From the human T2T-CHM13v2.0 reference genome, Homo sapiens, in NCBI RefSeq assembly GCF_009914755.1, contig NC_060947.1: a stretch of DNA of 64,000 bases; one strand, 5' to 3'. Shown piece by piece: positions 21,854-34,545 of this stretch. Numbering within the stretch: the stretch's first letter is position 1; each line of letters begins with the position of its first letter. The position numbers and the translations under genes are program-made. The notes below the pieces were generated by a model, which was not told the DNA's origin, made no database searches, and saw only the letters and a program-made list of their open reading frames with translations.

Positions 21854-24800
21854 AACATGAATTTTAGCTTTCCCATTTCTGTGAAAATGCAGTTGGAATT
21901 TTGAAAGTTATTTTATTAGATCGGTAGATCAATTTAGGGGAGTAGCAACATCTTAATGATATTAATTTTTCCAATTAATGAACACAAATGCCTTTTCATT
22001 TATTTAGGCCTTCTTTAATTTCTTTCAGCAATGGTTTGTACTCTTTGGTGTGCAAGTTTTTACCTTCTTTTCTAAATTTTTTAGTGATTTTATTAATGTG
22101 ATGCTATTTTAAATAAAATTGGTTCCTTAATTTCATTTTTAATTGATTATTTCTAGTATATAGAAATACAACTGATTTTTGTATGTTAATTCTGCAACCT
22201 TACTGAACTCGTTTATTAGCACTAATATATCTTTGTGGATTTTTTAATATAAAATCATGTTATCTGCAAATAGAGATAATTTTATTTCTTCCTTTACAAT
22301 CTGGATGACTTTTACTTTTTTTCTAGTCTAATTTCCCTGGTTAGAATTTCCAGTACATTATTGAATAGAAGTGGTGAAGGTGGACATCTCTGTCTGGTTC
22401 CTGATCTTAATGGAAAAGTATCCAGTGTTTCATTAAGTATGAAGTATGCTATTGGTTTTTTACAGCTGCCCTTTATAATGTGGAGAAAGTTCCCTTCTAG
22501 TCTTAGTTTGTTGATTATTTTTATTATAAAATAGTGTTGGATTTTGTCAAATGCATGTGTTGAGATGATCATGTCGTTCTGCCTTTGTGTTATTTATATT
22601 GTGTATTAAATTGACTGATTTTCAGATGCTGAAACAACCTTGCATTCTTGGGATAAACTGCACTGGGTCAGAGTGTATACTTATTTTTCTATGATGCTGG
22701 ATCTGTTTTGCTATAATTTTGCAGAAGAATTTTTATCTATATTCATAATACGTAGGTCTTTTACTTCTTTTCTTGTAATGTCTGTCTGGCTTTGATACAA
22801 GAGTGATACTTGAATCATAGTGTTCCCACTTTTTTTATTTTTGGAAAAGTTTGTGAAGTATCGGTGTTATTTCTTTTTAGAACTTTTGGTAGAATTAACC
22901 AATGAAGCCACCGTGTCCTGGGTTTTTTTTTTTTTTTTTTTTTTTTTGTGGTAAGGTTTTTGAGGAGTGACAGAATCTCTTTACTTGTTCTATGTCTATT
23001 CACATTTTCTATTTCTTCTTGAGTTAAACTGGCTGAGCCAGGGGGTGGAGCTGTGGGAAGTGCTTGCGCTTTAGGCATTGCTGTCTGGAGCCCCCAGGGA
23101 ACTAGTGTCTGCTGGGCCCCATCAGCTTTTAGAAACAGGAGAGATAGAAGCCAGTCCCTTGGGTAATACATGGGAAAATTGGAAATCCAGATGTGTGGTG
23201 TGACTCCTCTGCTCTTTGAGGAGACACTGAGAACCTGGACTTCTCTCATGTCATACGATGCTGTGCCTAGAGTGGGGATTATGGTGCGAGGGTCTCCAAT
23301 TTTCCTTCTCGTTTTGATGTGGCTGGTTTCAAACTCACTCAGGGTGCAGGAGCCTGTCAACTAGTTTCTGGATTTCTCACAAAAGAAATTGATCCATTTC
23401 TCACGAAAGAAATGGATCAATCATCTTGCTATTGAATCAGTGTGTCTATTGGGGAAGGAGAGTCCAGGACTTCTTATTCCACCATCTTGCTAACGTCATC
23501 CCTTGATAACAGGATAGTTTATTTTATTTCTTATTGTATATGTTGAGGATGTACAACATAATATTTTAACAGGTGTAAGATGACATCTTGTTGTGGTTTT
23601 AATTTGCGTTTCGCTGATGATTAGTGATGTTGAGCACCTTTACATATACTTACTGGCCACTTTTATGTCTTCTTTGGAAAAATGTCTATTCAGGTCCTTT
23701 ACTCATGTTTTAAAGGGACTATTTGTGTTTTTTTTTTGCTATTGAGTTGCGTGTGTTCCTTATATATTTTGTATATTAACTCTTTATCAGATATATCGTT
23801 TGCAAATATTTTCTGCCAATCCATAGACTGCTTTTTCATTTTGTTGATGCTTCCTTTGCTGTGCAGAAGCTTTTTAGTTTGATGTAGTCCCACTTATTAT
23901 TATTCTTGTTGCTTGAGCTTTTGGTGTGATAACAACAAAAAAAAATCACTGCCAAAGCCAATGTAAAGGAAGTTTTCCTATATGTTTTCTTCTGGGAGTT
24001 ATATGGTTTCCTGTTTTACATTTCGGCCTTTAATCCATTTTGAGTTGATTTTTGTGTATGATGTAAGAGAAGGGTCCAAGATAACTGGACATTGTAAATT
24101 ATATAATTGTGGGGACCTTGGAAATCAGATTCTCCTTTCTTTCCAGGATATTTTTTTTGTTCTGTTTGTTTTTATTGCTTGTTAGGGACTTTCTTAAATT
24201 AATTCTGTTGTGTGTGTGTGTGTTGTTTGTCATTTGTGGCCACTAAAGTCTCTACTTGGGTAGCTTAATGGTCAGGTAATGATTGGACATAGATTTCCTG
24301 AAAAGCCGTTAACCAACAAGTCTCCCAGACTTGTTTTCAAGGGAGCCTGTATGTATTGTGGATAATTCCTTCAATGTTCAGGCAAGCAGTTTACAACTCT
24401 CTCTTAACCTTCAACTTGTGCTGGGTCTCAAGATCACCCAGAGGCGAAAATTTAGAGCCTTCTTAGATCTTTTCTAGATGTGCACACAGCCCTGCACATG
24501 TGAGTGGCCTCCCAGATTCATGGGTATTTTAAAGGCCTAAGCTTTTCAGAGTCCCCTATAAGTGTCTTATTCCCCAGTTTTACCTTTTAAGCTTTTTGTT
24601 CAGCTTCTTGTTTGTCTTAACTCTTATTGCCACCTTAGGGAGCTATTGTGTTATATGATTGCTACCGTTTTCTTTAAATCAAATGCCCCTGTGAAAAAGA
24701 CTGTTCATACGGAGTGAGATCTGGGTCAGGTGAAATAAAGACAAGACTTGAAATGAGTGTTTCCAGGAAGCTGCCAAATAGTTCCTATGATGATGTTTCT

Positions 24801-25459
24801 CTAAGAATGATGTTTTGGACAGCTTCAAACCCTCTGCTCCCTCCCTTGGCTGTTGGTTTTCACAGTGATTATATAGCTGTTGAGTTTTATGACAACTTTG
24901 GACCTGAAGAAAAAGTGGTGGAAATAGAACAAGTTGAAATACCACAATGCTTGCTGTTGTCTCTGAAATTCAAACATTTTTCTTTAATAAACTCACCTTG
25001 AATTTTTCAAAGCCTTGGTTAATTTCCATAGTTCCGAAAAAGTTGACTTTTACAATACTTGCCAGTGTACTCACTGTTTTTATGGAGAGAAGAATTTTCC
25101 AAGGTCCTTCCTCTGCCGTTCTCACTAACATCATCCCATATTGGCCTTTTATGACAAGTGTGTCTTTACCGGAGTCAAGAAAAACGAGAAAATCTACAGA
25201 CCACCATCTAAAAGGGTCTTTGTTTAGGAAAATCTGCTGTGTAAAATCTCAGGTTTAGGAAACAAATTAGTGGATAATTATTTCCTTTATGAAAGAAGAT
25301 TTGCTCAATTAAAGAACTAATTTAAAAGTTCCTTTAAGTTGTGAATCCCATGGTTCATTTAATGAAATTATTGGAGCAAAAAAAATGTCCCTAGCCTTTC
25401 AAGAATACCCACTCTGTAAATATATAAATGCATTACACTGTGTTTTAAGAGTGAAAATT

Positions 25460-25757
<298 letters not shown>

Positions 25758-26047
25758 GAGTAGAAATAAAGGAGATGGGAATTAAGAAGTGGGAATTAAA
25801 GGAATTTATCCATTGACAAATGGATAGTTTTAGATTAGTTAACACAGAGGTAGCAAGGTGAGTTTTCTTGGCTTTAACCCCCAAACAACTTTCTTCAAGA
25901 GCTCCCACGGTTCATATGATTTATTTAAGACCAGAAAAGCCTAAGGCCTTTGATGTACTTATTTTGAGAAAAGGCATATACCAACTTTGAATCAAAATTC
26001 TAACTTCTCCAACACCTTCCATAATTATGAAGGCATTCAGATATGTA

Positions 26048-26297
26048 CAGTTGACCCTTGAACAACAGAGGTTTGAACTTTATGGGTCTATTTATGTGCA
26101 GATCTTTTCAACCAAACGTGGATTTAAAATGCCATATTCACAGGATTCAAAACTTGCATATATACGGAGAGCCGACTTTTAGTATAGTCGAGTTCTGCAG
26201 GACCAACTGCTGGACTTGAGTATGTGTGGATTTTGGTATACGTGGGTGCTGGGGGAGGTCCTGGAATTAATATTCCATGGATACCAAGGGAATACTG
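26048..26297 (+). mobile_element. MER8-like Tigger (Tc1/mariner) non-autonomous element
   Basis: Terminal inverted repeats cagttgacccttg ... ccaagggaatactg flanked by TA dinucleotides. Confidence 0.8.
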
Positions 26298-26859
26298 TAC
26301 TCGATTCCATTATGCGATGTCAGAAAATATTACCTGCTGCCAGAAAGTGGATTTTATTTTCTAAGTAAAGATAATTTTAAAAATTTTTGGCCAGTAAAGA
26401 TGCATTCTGGGGTCCACAAAAAATCTCTCTAGTTAAAAACAACCAAGCAAAAAACCCCATAAATAAGCTACCAACTTTTGCCAGAATTCAAAACCAGCTG
26501 AGTGTATTTTTGTTGAAACTGCTCTAAGTGTGTAACTCATTCATGTCCTGGAGCACCAGGTACAATTGTGGTGATGCAGCTCTTGGTAGGGCTTTAAAAT
26601 CAGCCTGGTATCTTTGGGCTGAGGTTGCCTCTAACACCATCTTATAAACAAGCAGGACAGCGAATGAGAAAGAGCAAGAGTGAGGGTAATAGTGAGAGAT
26701 CCCTTACCCAGGAATAGGCCTCTCTGAGTCACTTCTGGGATGCTGCTGCCCTCTGCTGCCACATGTCCTGGGAAAACCCCTGTGGTCTCAGGACCTAAAA
26801 TGTTCTCTCTTTTTTCCCAAGCTGATGCTTTATTCGTTCTCGGCTTTAAAGACACTTGC

Positions 26860-27310
26860 TGGCATGGAAATAAATGAAAAGCAACCAAATGAGAATAAGC
26901 GAAGACTGTTTATTCGGAACTTACTATAGCAAATGAGTCAGCCATCATCACTTGTGTTTTGGCAGAGACTCAAAGGCAGGCAGAGAAGTGGGAAAACTTT
27001 ATAGTGGAAAAAAGGGAAGACTTCAGGTATTCCCTGATTGGAGCTTTTTCGCATAGGGAAGCTGTAGGTGGGCTAACTAGAAGCAGAACAATTTATGTGA
27101 TTGGTTAGGAGGTTCATATTTAGTTTGTTAGGTGGATGCAGGAACAAAAATTGGAAAAGCTGTCAACTATTAATAAAGTACTTGCCATTTGGGGCCAATT
27201 GTTACAGAAGTTGTTTAGTTTCTTGGATTGTTACTAGAGAGAGCAATCTGACTTCCTGCAAATCTGATTTACAGCATGCTGTCTTCTTTGGTAATTATAG
27301 ATAAGGGGAT
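26860..27310 (-). mobile_element. Old ERV LTR fragment (subfamily uncertain)
   Basis: Reverse-strand AATAAA (tttatt at about 26908) and CCAAT (attgg at about 27037), with LTR-like composition. Confidence 0.45.
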
Positions 27311-27519
27311 TAGTTTCCTGGGAAGGTTGTGGATCAGAGTTCTGAAGCCAAGAACTGAAAGAGACACAGAGAGGAAACATGTTTATAACACAAAGAAAGA
27401 AAGGCTGACTCTGGGAACTAAGATGAGTCCAGCACATTTGGCAGGGAAGGATGTTCCATTTTATGTCATTCTCCCAACAGTGTTGTTGCCCTGTGGGGTT
27501 AGGACATTTATTCATATTC

Positions 27520-28000
27520 CACACTTTATTTATTGAGTATCCATTATGTTCTAGGCACAGTGAAGAGCCAAATGCACAGCCCCTGCCCTCAGAAAGCTTA
27601 GACTCATGGTGAAGTTCAATATTCAGTAAATACTAATTATGCAAATAAATGTATAATTACAAACTGTGGTAATTCCTATTATTAAAAAGTACAGAATGTT
27701 AAGAGAAGGGTTAATAGGGAACTCTTGTTTAGATTGGAGAACCATAGAAAGTTCTCTGAGGAATTTAGAATTTGAAAGCTGAGATTTGAGCAATGAGGAA
27801 TCAGTTAGTCCTGGAAAAGTGGGTAAAGAAGGAAGAAAGCATCATAGGGGGAAAAAATAGCATGATTAAGATCTTGAGGTGGGAAGGCACGTGGCCTGTT
27901 AAGGAAAAGGAAAAAAAGGTCAGTATTGCCATGCGCTAGGAATGAATGGCGTGAGATGTGAATGTAGAAGTAGACACTAAATGCTGCTGTCAGAAGTTTC
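27520..28000 (-). mobile_element. L2 fragment
   Basis: tttattgagtatccattatgttctaggcacagtg...cctgccctcagaaagctta is a typical L2 3' end pattern. Confidence 0.6.
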
Positions 28001-28246
28001 ATCTTCCATTGCTCTGTATCTCTCCTTTCCTTGAAGATCTATACTGGTTTCTCCACCCATCATGCCTCACTTTTAGCTTGGAAGCCCCCAGATTACCTAG
28101 AACCTTCTCATACTCCTTTTGTGTTCTGTGAAGAAAACACATTGGTAAAAGATTAACATGGATAATGTTGATATGTAGTTTTGTACTGTAAAGGAGAAGT
28201 GTAATGAAATAAATCTATTTTATGACTCTGTGTGGTTTTATTTAAA

Positions 28247-28383
28247 GCTGGATATGGTGGTGTGCATCGTGGTCCCAGCTACTTGGGAGGCTGAGGAAGG
28301 AGGGTTGCTTCAGCCCAGTAGTTTGAGTTTAGCCTGGGCAACATAGCAAGACCTTCATCTCTAATAAGACAAAATAAATAAAG
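28247..28383 (+). mobile_element. Monomeric Alu (FLAM-like)
   Basis: ggtcccagctacttgggaggctgagg...agcctgggcaacatagcaagacc followed by an A-rich tail. Confidence 0.8.
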
Positions 28384-28467
28384 GCGCCATCCTGTATTTA
28401 TGTGTCCCCACCACTTTAGTTAGCTGTTTATCTTCCACTACACTATACTGTATCTTGGGCCCCAGGA

Positions 28468-29033
28468 TAGTCAATATCAGGTGTGAACTTGATTGAATTG
28501 AAGGATGTGGCTGGTAAAGTATTGTTTCTGTGTGTGTCTGTGAGGGTGTTGCCAGAGGAGACTGACATTTGAGTCAGTGGACTGGGAGAGGAAGACCCAC
28601 CGTTAATGTGGGCAGGCACCATCCAATTGGTTGCCAGCATGGCTAGAACAAAGCAGCCAAAAGAAGCTGGGATAAGTTTGCTTGCTGAGTCTTCTGGCTT
28701 CCTTTTCCCATGCTGGAAGCTTCCTTCCGCTCCTACTGCCTTGGACATCAGACTCCAGATTCTTTGGTCTTTGGACTCGGGGACTTGCACCAGTGGCTTG
28801 CTGAGGGCTCTCAGGCCTTTAGGCACAGACTGCAGGCTGCACTGTTGGCTTCCCTGGTTTTGAGGCTTTTGGACTTGGACTGAGCCACTACTGCCTTTTC
28901 TCTTCCACAGCTTGCAGGCAGCCTATTGTGGGACTTCGTCTTGTAATTATGTGAACCAATTCTCCCTAATAAACTCCCTTTCATGTATACATATAGCCCA
29001 TTGGTTCTGTCCCTCTGGAGAATCTTGACTAAT
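28468..29033 (+). mobile_element. MLT2-type (ERVL) LTR
   Basis: gtgagggtgttgccagaggagactgacatttgagtcagtggactgggagaggaagacccacc; cctaataaactccc; end ctctggagaatcttgactaata. Confidence 0.85.
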
Positions 29034-29635
29034 AAAGTCCCATTTAACTTCACCTCTTGGTTTTACAATCCATTGTGTATCATTTTATCATTTACATTTT
29101 TTTCTTTAGCAAATGTGTATACTTAGTTAAATTGCTGTTGCATGGCTCTATATATTGTGGAATAAACAATCTGAGATATGGGTTCTAGTCCTGACTTTTC
29201 TGTAAACTGGTGGCAGTCTTAGAGAAGTGATTTAAGTTCTCTGAGTCTCAAATGGTTCTTTCTGAAAATGAAATGTTTAAATTTTTATGTGTTAACTAAA
29301 TTATTTTTACCCAGTATTCCTCTTAAATTCTGTAATTTTATACCACTTATGGACATCTATGAATATCTTTTACGTAGTCTTCTTTTGTGTCCTTATGGAT
29401 AAGATTGACTCTCAGGATAATTTTCTTTTTTGGAGTAGTATACATAAAGTATAATTTAACAAATGGTAATTGGTCACAGTATTGAGGTAGAGTTAAGGCA
29501 CATCTGAAGGGTAAAAATTCCCTGCTGAAGGCATAAAATTCTCATAAATGACTTTGCAAACTGTGATATGTGTACTCAGAGTGGGTAACCCCAAGTGCGC
29601 CAAGAAATAAAAGAAGCCAACAAATATATATTGAG

Positions 29636-32090
29636 GAGTGCAGATATCTCTTCAATATACTGATTTTCTTTCTTTTAGAAATATACCCAGGAGTGGTATT
29701 GGTGGATCATACGGTAGCTCTGTTTTTAGTTTTTTGAGGAACTTCCAAGTGTTCTCCATAGTGGTTATACTAATTTACATTCCTGCCGACAGTGTACAAA
29801 GGTTCCCTTTTGTCCACAACTTTGCCAGCATTTGTTATTGTCTGTCTTTCGGATATAAGCCATTTTAACTGGGGCGGATGATACCTCACTGTAGTTTTGA
29901 TTTGCATTTCTCTGATGATCACTAATGTCGAGCACCTTTTCATGCGCTTGTTTGCCATTTGTATGTCTTCTTTTGAGAAATGTCTATTCAGATCTTTTGC
30001 CCATGTTTTAATTGGATTATTAGATTTTCTCCTATAGAGTTGTTTGAGCTCCTTATATATACTGGTTATTAATCTCTTGTCAGGTGGGTAGTTTGCAAAT
30101 ATTTCTCCCATTCTGTGTGTTGTCTCTTCATTTTGTGATTGTTTTCTTTACTGTGCAGAAGCTTTTTACTTGATGTGATTCCATTTGTCTATTTTTGCCT
30201 TGGTTTGCCTGTGCTTATGGGATATTACTCAAGAATTTTTTGCCCAGACCAATATCCTGGACAGTTTCCCCAATGTTTTCTTGTAGTAGTAGTTTCATAG
30301 TGGTGAAACAACAGGAGTGAAAGTGGGTATCCTTGTTGTATTCCAGATCTTACAGGAAAGACTTTCACTTTCTACTCATTCTTATGATACTAGCTGTGGA
30401 TCTCTGTTTTTTATGGCTTTTATTATGTTGAGGCGTGTTCCTTCTATACACAGTGTTTTGGGGGCTTTTATGATAAAGTAATGTTGAATTTTATCAAATG
30501 CTTTTTCAGCATCACTTGAAATGATAATATGGTTTTCGTCCTTCATTCTGTTGGTATGATGTGTCACACTGATTTATTTGTGCATGTTGAACCATCTTTG
30601 CATCCCAGGGATAAATCCTTCCTGGTCATGATTAAAGATCTTTCTAGTGTATTGTCGAATTGGGTTCACTAGTATTTTGTCGAGGATTTTTGCATCAATA
30701 TTCATCAGAGACATTGGCCTGTAGTTTTCCTTTTTTGATGTGTGTTTGTCTGGTTTTGGTATCAGGGTAATACTGGCATTGTAGGATGAGTTTGAAAATA
30801 TTTTCTCCTCCTCTATTTTTCAGAGTAGTTTGAGTAGGACTGGCATTAGTTCTTCTTTAAATGTTTGGTAGAATTTAGCAGTGAGGTCATAAGGTCTCGG
30901 GCTTTGCTTTACTATAGACGGAGACTATTTATTAAGGCTTTACTGTGTTACCTGTTATTGGTCTGCTCAGGTTTCGGATTTCTTCGTGTTTCAATCTTGG
31001 TAGATTGTATGTGTCTAGAAATTTATCCATTTCTTCTAGATTTTCCAATCTATTGGCATATCCTTGCTCATAGTAGCCACTGGTGATTCTTTGAATTTCT
31101 GTGGTATCAGTCGTAATGTCTCCTCTTCCATCTCTGATTTTATTTATTTGGGTCTTCTCCATTTTGTTCTTCATGAGTCCGGCTAAACATTTGTCAATTT
31201 TGTTTACCTTTAACAAAAAAGCAACTTTTTGTTTCATTGATCTTTTGTATTGTTTTCTTCATTTCAAATTCATTTATTTCTGCTCTGATCTTTATTGTTT
31301 CTTTTCTTCTAATTTGTTTTCCTCTAATTTACTCTTATTTTTATAGTTCTTTATGATGCATCATTAGGTTTTTTATTTGAAGTCGTTCTTCTTTTCAATG
31401 TAGGCATTTACAGCTATAAATTTTGATATCAGTACTGCTTTTTCTGTATCCCATAGGTTTTGGTATGTTGTGTTTCCATTATCATTTGTTTCGTAAAAGT
31501 TTTCAGTTTCCTTTTTAACTTCTTTTTTGATCCACTGTTCATTTATGTGCATATCGTTTAATTTCCTAGGAGTTGCCTAGGAATTGCAGTCTTTGTGTCC
31601 TAGGCATCCCTTCAAGTTTACCTGGGACCCCAGAGCACTTTGGCCTGTAGTGGTGTGGATTGCCGAGAGACTCAAGTTCTCCGCCCTGGGATGGGTGAAT
31701 CCCCTCTAGCTAGGTCTGGTCCAGATGCTCCCTCTGTGAGTGGGCACTGGCTGAGCCCAGCACGGCTTTGCTCTCTGGTATGGCAGGGTAGCACTGAGTT
31801 CAATGTGAAGTTCCCCAGTCACTGCCTTCTTCTTCTCCCAAGTGTACAGACTCTCTGGGCTGCACAGCTGCTGCCAGGATACGGGGGAGGGGTGGCATCG
31901 GCGATTTAAGACTGACTGTCTCTGTCTGACCTCTTGAATGTCTGTTCCAACAATATGAATTTAAAACCAGGCACTGTGATTGCTCACCTGACTTTTGGTT
32001 CTCATGATGATGCTTTTCTGTATGCAGATAGTGGTTGCAATTTGGTGTTCCTGCAGGGGGTACACAAGGTATAGCCTTCTATTCCACCAT
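29636..32090 (-). mobile_element. L1MA/L1PB-type element with large internal deletions (near 30305 and 31567)
   Basis: ORF2 peptides at 31237-30932, 30567-30382 and 30111-29770. Abrupt jumps in L1 coordinates; the second junction shows a repeated cctagga. Confidence 0.8.
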
Positions 32091-33559
32091 CTCTCTCTGT
32101 TCCTCTAGTTGGTTCTTGACAACTCTTGATAATACGTATTATTAAATACAGTATCTGGGCCATCCCTAGGCAAAATGTGATTTGCTGTTTTCCACTAGTT
32201 CTCTCCCTTTATTTTTCCCACACTTCTATTTCCCCTCATTACCTCTCCCAGGGGATTTCAATATTAAAAGACACTTCAAAAGACTATTTCACTATTTGAA
32301 TGAAGAGCTGATAGAATTTTAGGTTATCACTGCGTAGAGTTTTTTTTTTTTTTAACAATGCAATTTTGTGAGAAGATGAATTGGTGTCATTCTGGAAGGT
32401 TTTCTTAGAAAGAAATACAATAGAATTCTGATTTTTTTAATGAGAAATGAACTTCTGGTATAGTGAAACATATGCCTTATGAATGTATAATTCTATGTTC
32501 AAATCAAGAAAAATATATTTAAACATTTATCCTGGGGTTGATATGAGAGCAATTTGTTTCACAGCTGATATTACTGAAGGAAATACTAGGAGAGGATGAG
32601 GAGGGAATTCAGATTTAGTATTCATTAGTAAAATAAACTCTTTAGCTAAGCGCTAACTTTACTAGCCAAGTCCCCTCATATCCTCCTGTGCCTGGAAGTT
32701 AAGGTGGATTTTTCCTAGGCTGGAAAGTTCTTGGACCTCTTCCCCATAACTTTCTTCTTCAAAATCCCCATGTTGTGCAAGATATTCACACGGTACTGTT
32801 GCCACTAACAAGGCGAGGATTGTGGTGAGAATCTGGTCAAAGTATAGTCTTGATTTATAAAAGAAACAAGTTAATGTGTTAAGAAATTAAGTCAGGGTAA
32901 GAGAGGGATCAACTAGTATAGTGTGGAAATGTATATATGCTGGAAATAGGCCAATCCAGGGGTCCTCATATCACTGTGGTGACTGGCCAGTGGAGTGACA
33001 AAGTAGACTAGGACTGAAGAGTGAGCAACATGAGGCCCCTTAGGATCGTCCGTTCCAGTGCCCTCAGTTTACAGATGAGCTCCAAAGCTCACAATTGGAT
33101 TGCAATGAAGAACATGCCAAGAATTGAGCTGAAAGAACCCAAACCAAAACGTAGGATTCCTCTCAGGCTTATGGTCTTGCCCCTTTACCACACAGCTTCT
33201 GTGGCTAGCCCTTTAAAATGATTCTTGATTTGCATATTTGTAAAATGAGAGTTTAACAGTTCATGTGTCTCTCCTTACTTTGTGTGGAGGATTCACTTAT
33301 ACAAAAGATAAAAGAAAACCCAAAACAGACTTCTGGAATTTTGTAGCCCTGTTGGTTCTTCATTTGTAGGGGCTGTATGAACAGCATGAAGTGAAACAAA
33401 TAAACAACAAACGCTTATTTTTTCCCCCTAAATAGTTATTTAAATGCTATTTTTGTTTCTGGGGCAGTAAGGATAAAAGCTTTGAACAGTTCGTTCACGA
33501 GGAGCAGGGCTTGAGAAGATGACTTCCAAGCTCCTGAGGGGTTCCGAGCCTGGGCGGGA

Positions 33560-33980
33560 GGGTATGGACATGAAGCCTCCTTACGTCTATCTCAGCCTCC
33601 TGCCTTTGTCACCCAATGGTGAGGCTCTGCTTGCGTTTCCTGCCGTCTTGGTTTCCAAGGCACCCTGGGCAAGTGATACCACCCCGCTACCCTGGAAACG
33701 GATCACCCTTTGTTTTCATGTTTGGACTCTCCTATCTTGTGTCACAGGTAGGGGTGCGCTCCAGGTGGACCTCATAATCTCCATGGTTCCGTCCTACTCC
33801 TCCCTGATGATCTCCCCTCTCTTCCTGGCTACAATGGTACTTCCCAGACCAGGTTGGGGAGGCAGAGGGGCTTCGCTAGCAGACGCAGAGGCGAGGCCGC
33901 CAGTCGAGGACGAGGAGGAGGTGAGGGACCAGGGTCGCGAGGGCTGTGGGGGATACCCTGCTGCCTGAGTCCAGGCCGGC
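33560..33980 (+). promoter_or_regulatory. Probable promoter / CpG-enriched first-exon region of the TCP11X gene
   Basis: Local GC and CpG enrichment at 33870-33980, CCAAT at 33613-33617, and RFX X-box-like motifs gtttccaaggcacc (33651-33664) and gctaccctggaaac (33686-33699). It lies about 0.5 kb upstream of the first coding exon. Confidence 0.6.
33850..33920 (+). other. TCP11X1: Probable non-coding exon 1 (5' end unknown)
   Basis: Strong donor GAG|GTGAGG at 33920/33921 within the CpG-rich patch; the next acceptor is ttccag|ATA at 34407/34408. Confidence 0.6.
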
Positions 33981-34418
33981 AGAGCCCCTTCAGGAAGGTC
34001 TGGAGCAGTAGCTAAGGAGTTAGAAGGTATTCCAGGACCAATGAAAGGTAGCCAGAGCCGAGGAAGATTCCTTTCCTAGCTTGGTCAGTAATGTGCAGTG
34101 TGCCCCGCTTCTGGCGAGTTAATTGTCCATCTCTGGGCCTTGTTTTCCTCTTCTGCTTGCCCAAGACCAGACTTCTTTGATTTCAGTAAAGGAAGTGCCA
34201 CTAATTCCCCTTCCCCTCGAGGCCTGTTTGAAGACCCTAGTTGTTCCTTTGAGAACCTTTGAGCCCTGGTACTTAATGCTTTCAACTGACGGCAGCGGGT
34301 TCAGTCACCAGGACACACAATTGTAGTTGAAGAGCGCTCTTTCTTTTTGTCCCTGGGCGAGAGTCAGGTCTTACACAGCTTGCCTCTTCTTTTCTCTCCA
34401 ATTCCAGATAACATCAAG

Positions 34419-34545
34419 ATGCCGAAGACTGAGGAAACTGTGCTCCAGAATGATCCCAGTGTAGCAGAGAATGGGGCCCCTGAGCCTAAAACACCAGGGC
34501 AGAGCCAGAAAAGCAAGAGTTTCTGTTTAGATGACCAGTCTCCTG
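34419..34545 (+). CDS. TCP11X1: T-complex protein 11 X-linked protein, coding exon 1 (MPKTEETV...DDQSP)
   Basis: Acceptor at 34407, aagATGc start, donor CTG|gtaggt, phase 1. Confidence 0.88.

Larger units (their letters stand above)
19556..25135 (-). mobile_element. Block of old L1M fragments (L1MB/L1MA-like), interrupted by MaLR LTRs
   Basis: L1M-type 3' end at about 19556-20100 and degenerate ORF2 peptides at 20304-20122, 22572-22312 and 23893-23699. The assignment of 24100-25135 is less certain. Confidence 0.75.

Noticed and set aside
22815-23360. 181-aa minus-strand ORF with a poly-Lys run
   Set aside because: It is a mosaic of old L1 fragments; the Lys run comes from a T homopolymer at about 22924-22947.
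33519-33968. 149-aa ORF as a separate gene or as a coding first exon
   Set aside because: It crosses the promoter and the exon 1 donor, is out of frame with the TCP11X CDS after splicing, and has no recognisable motif.
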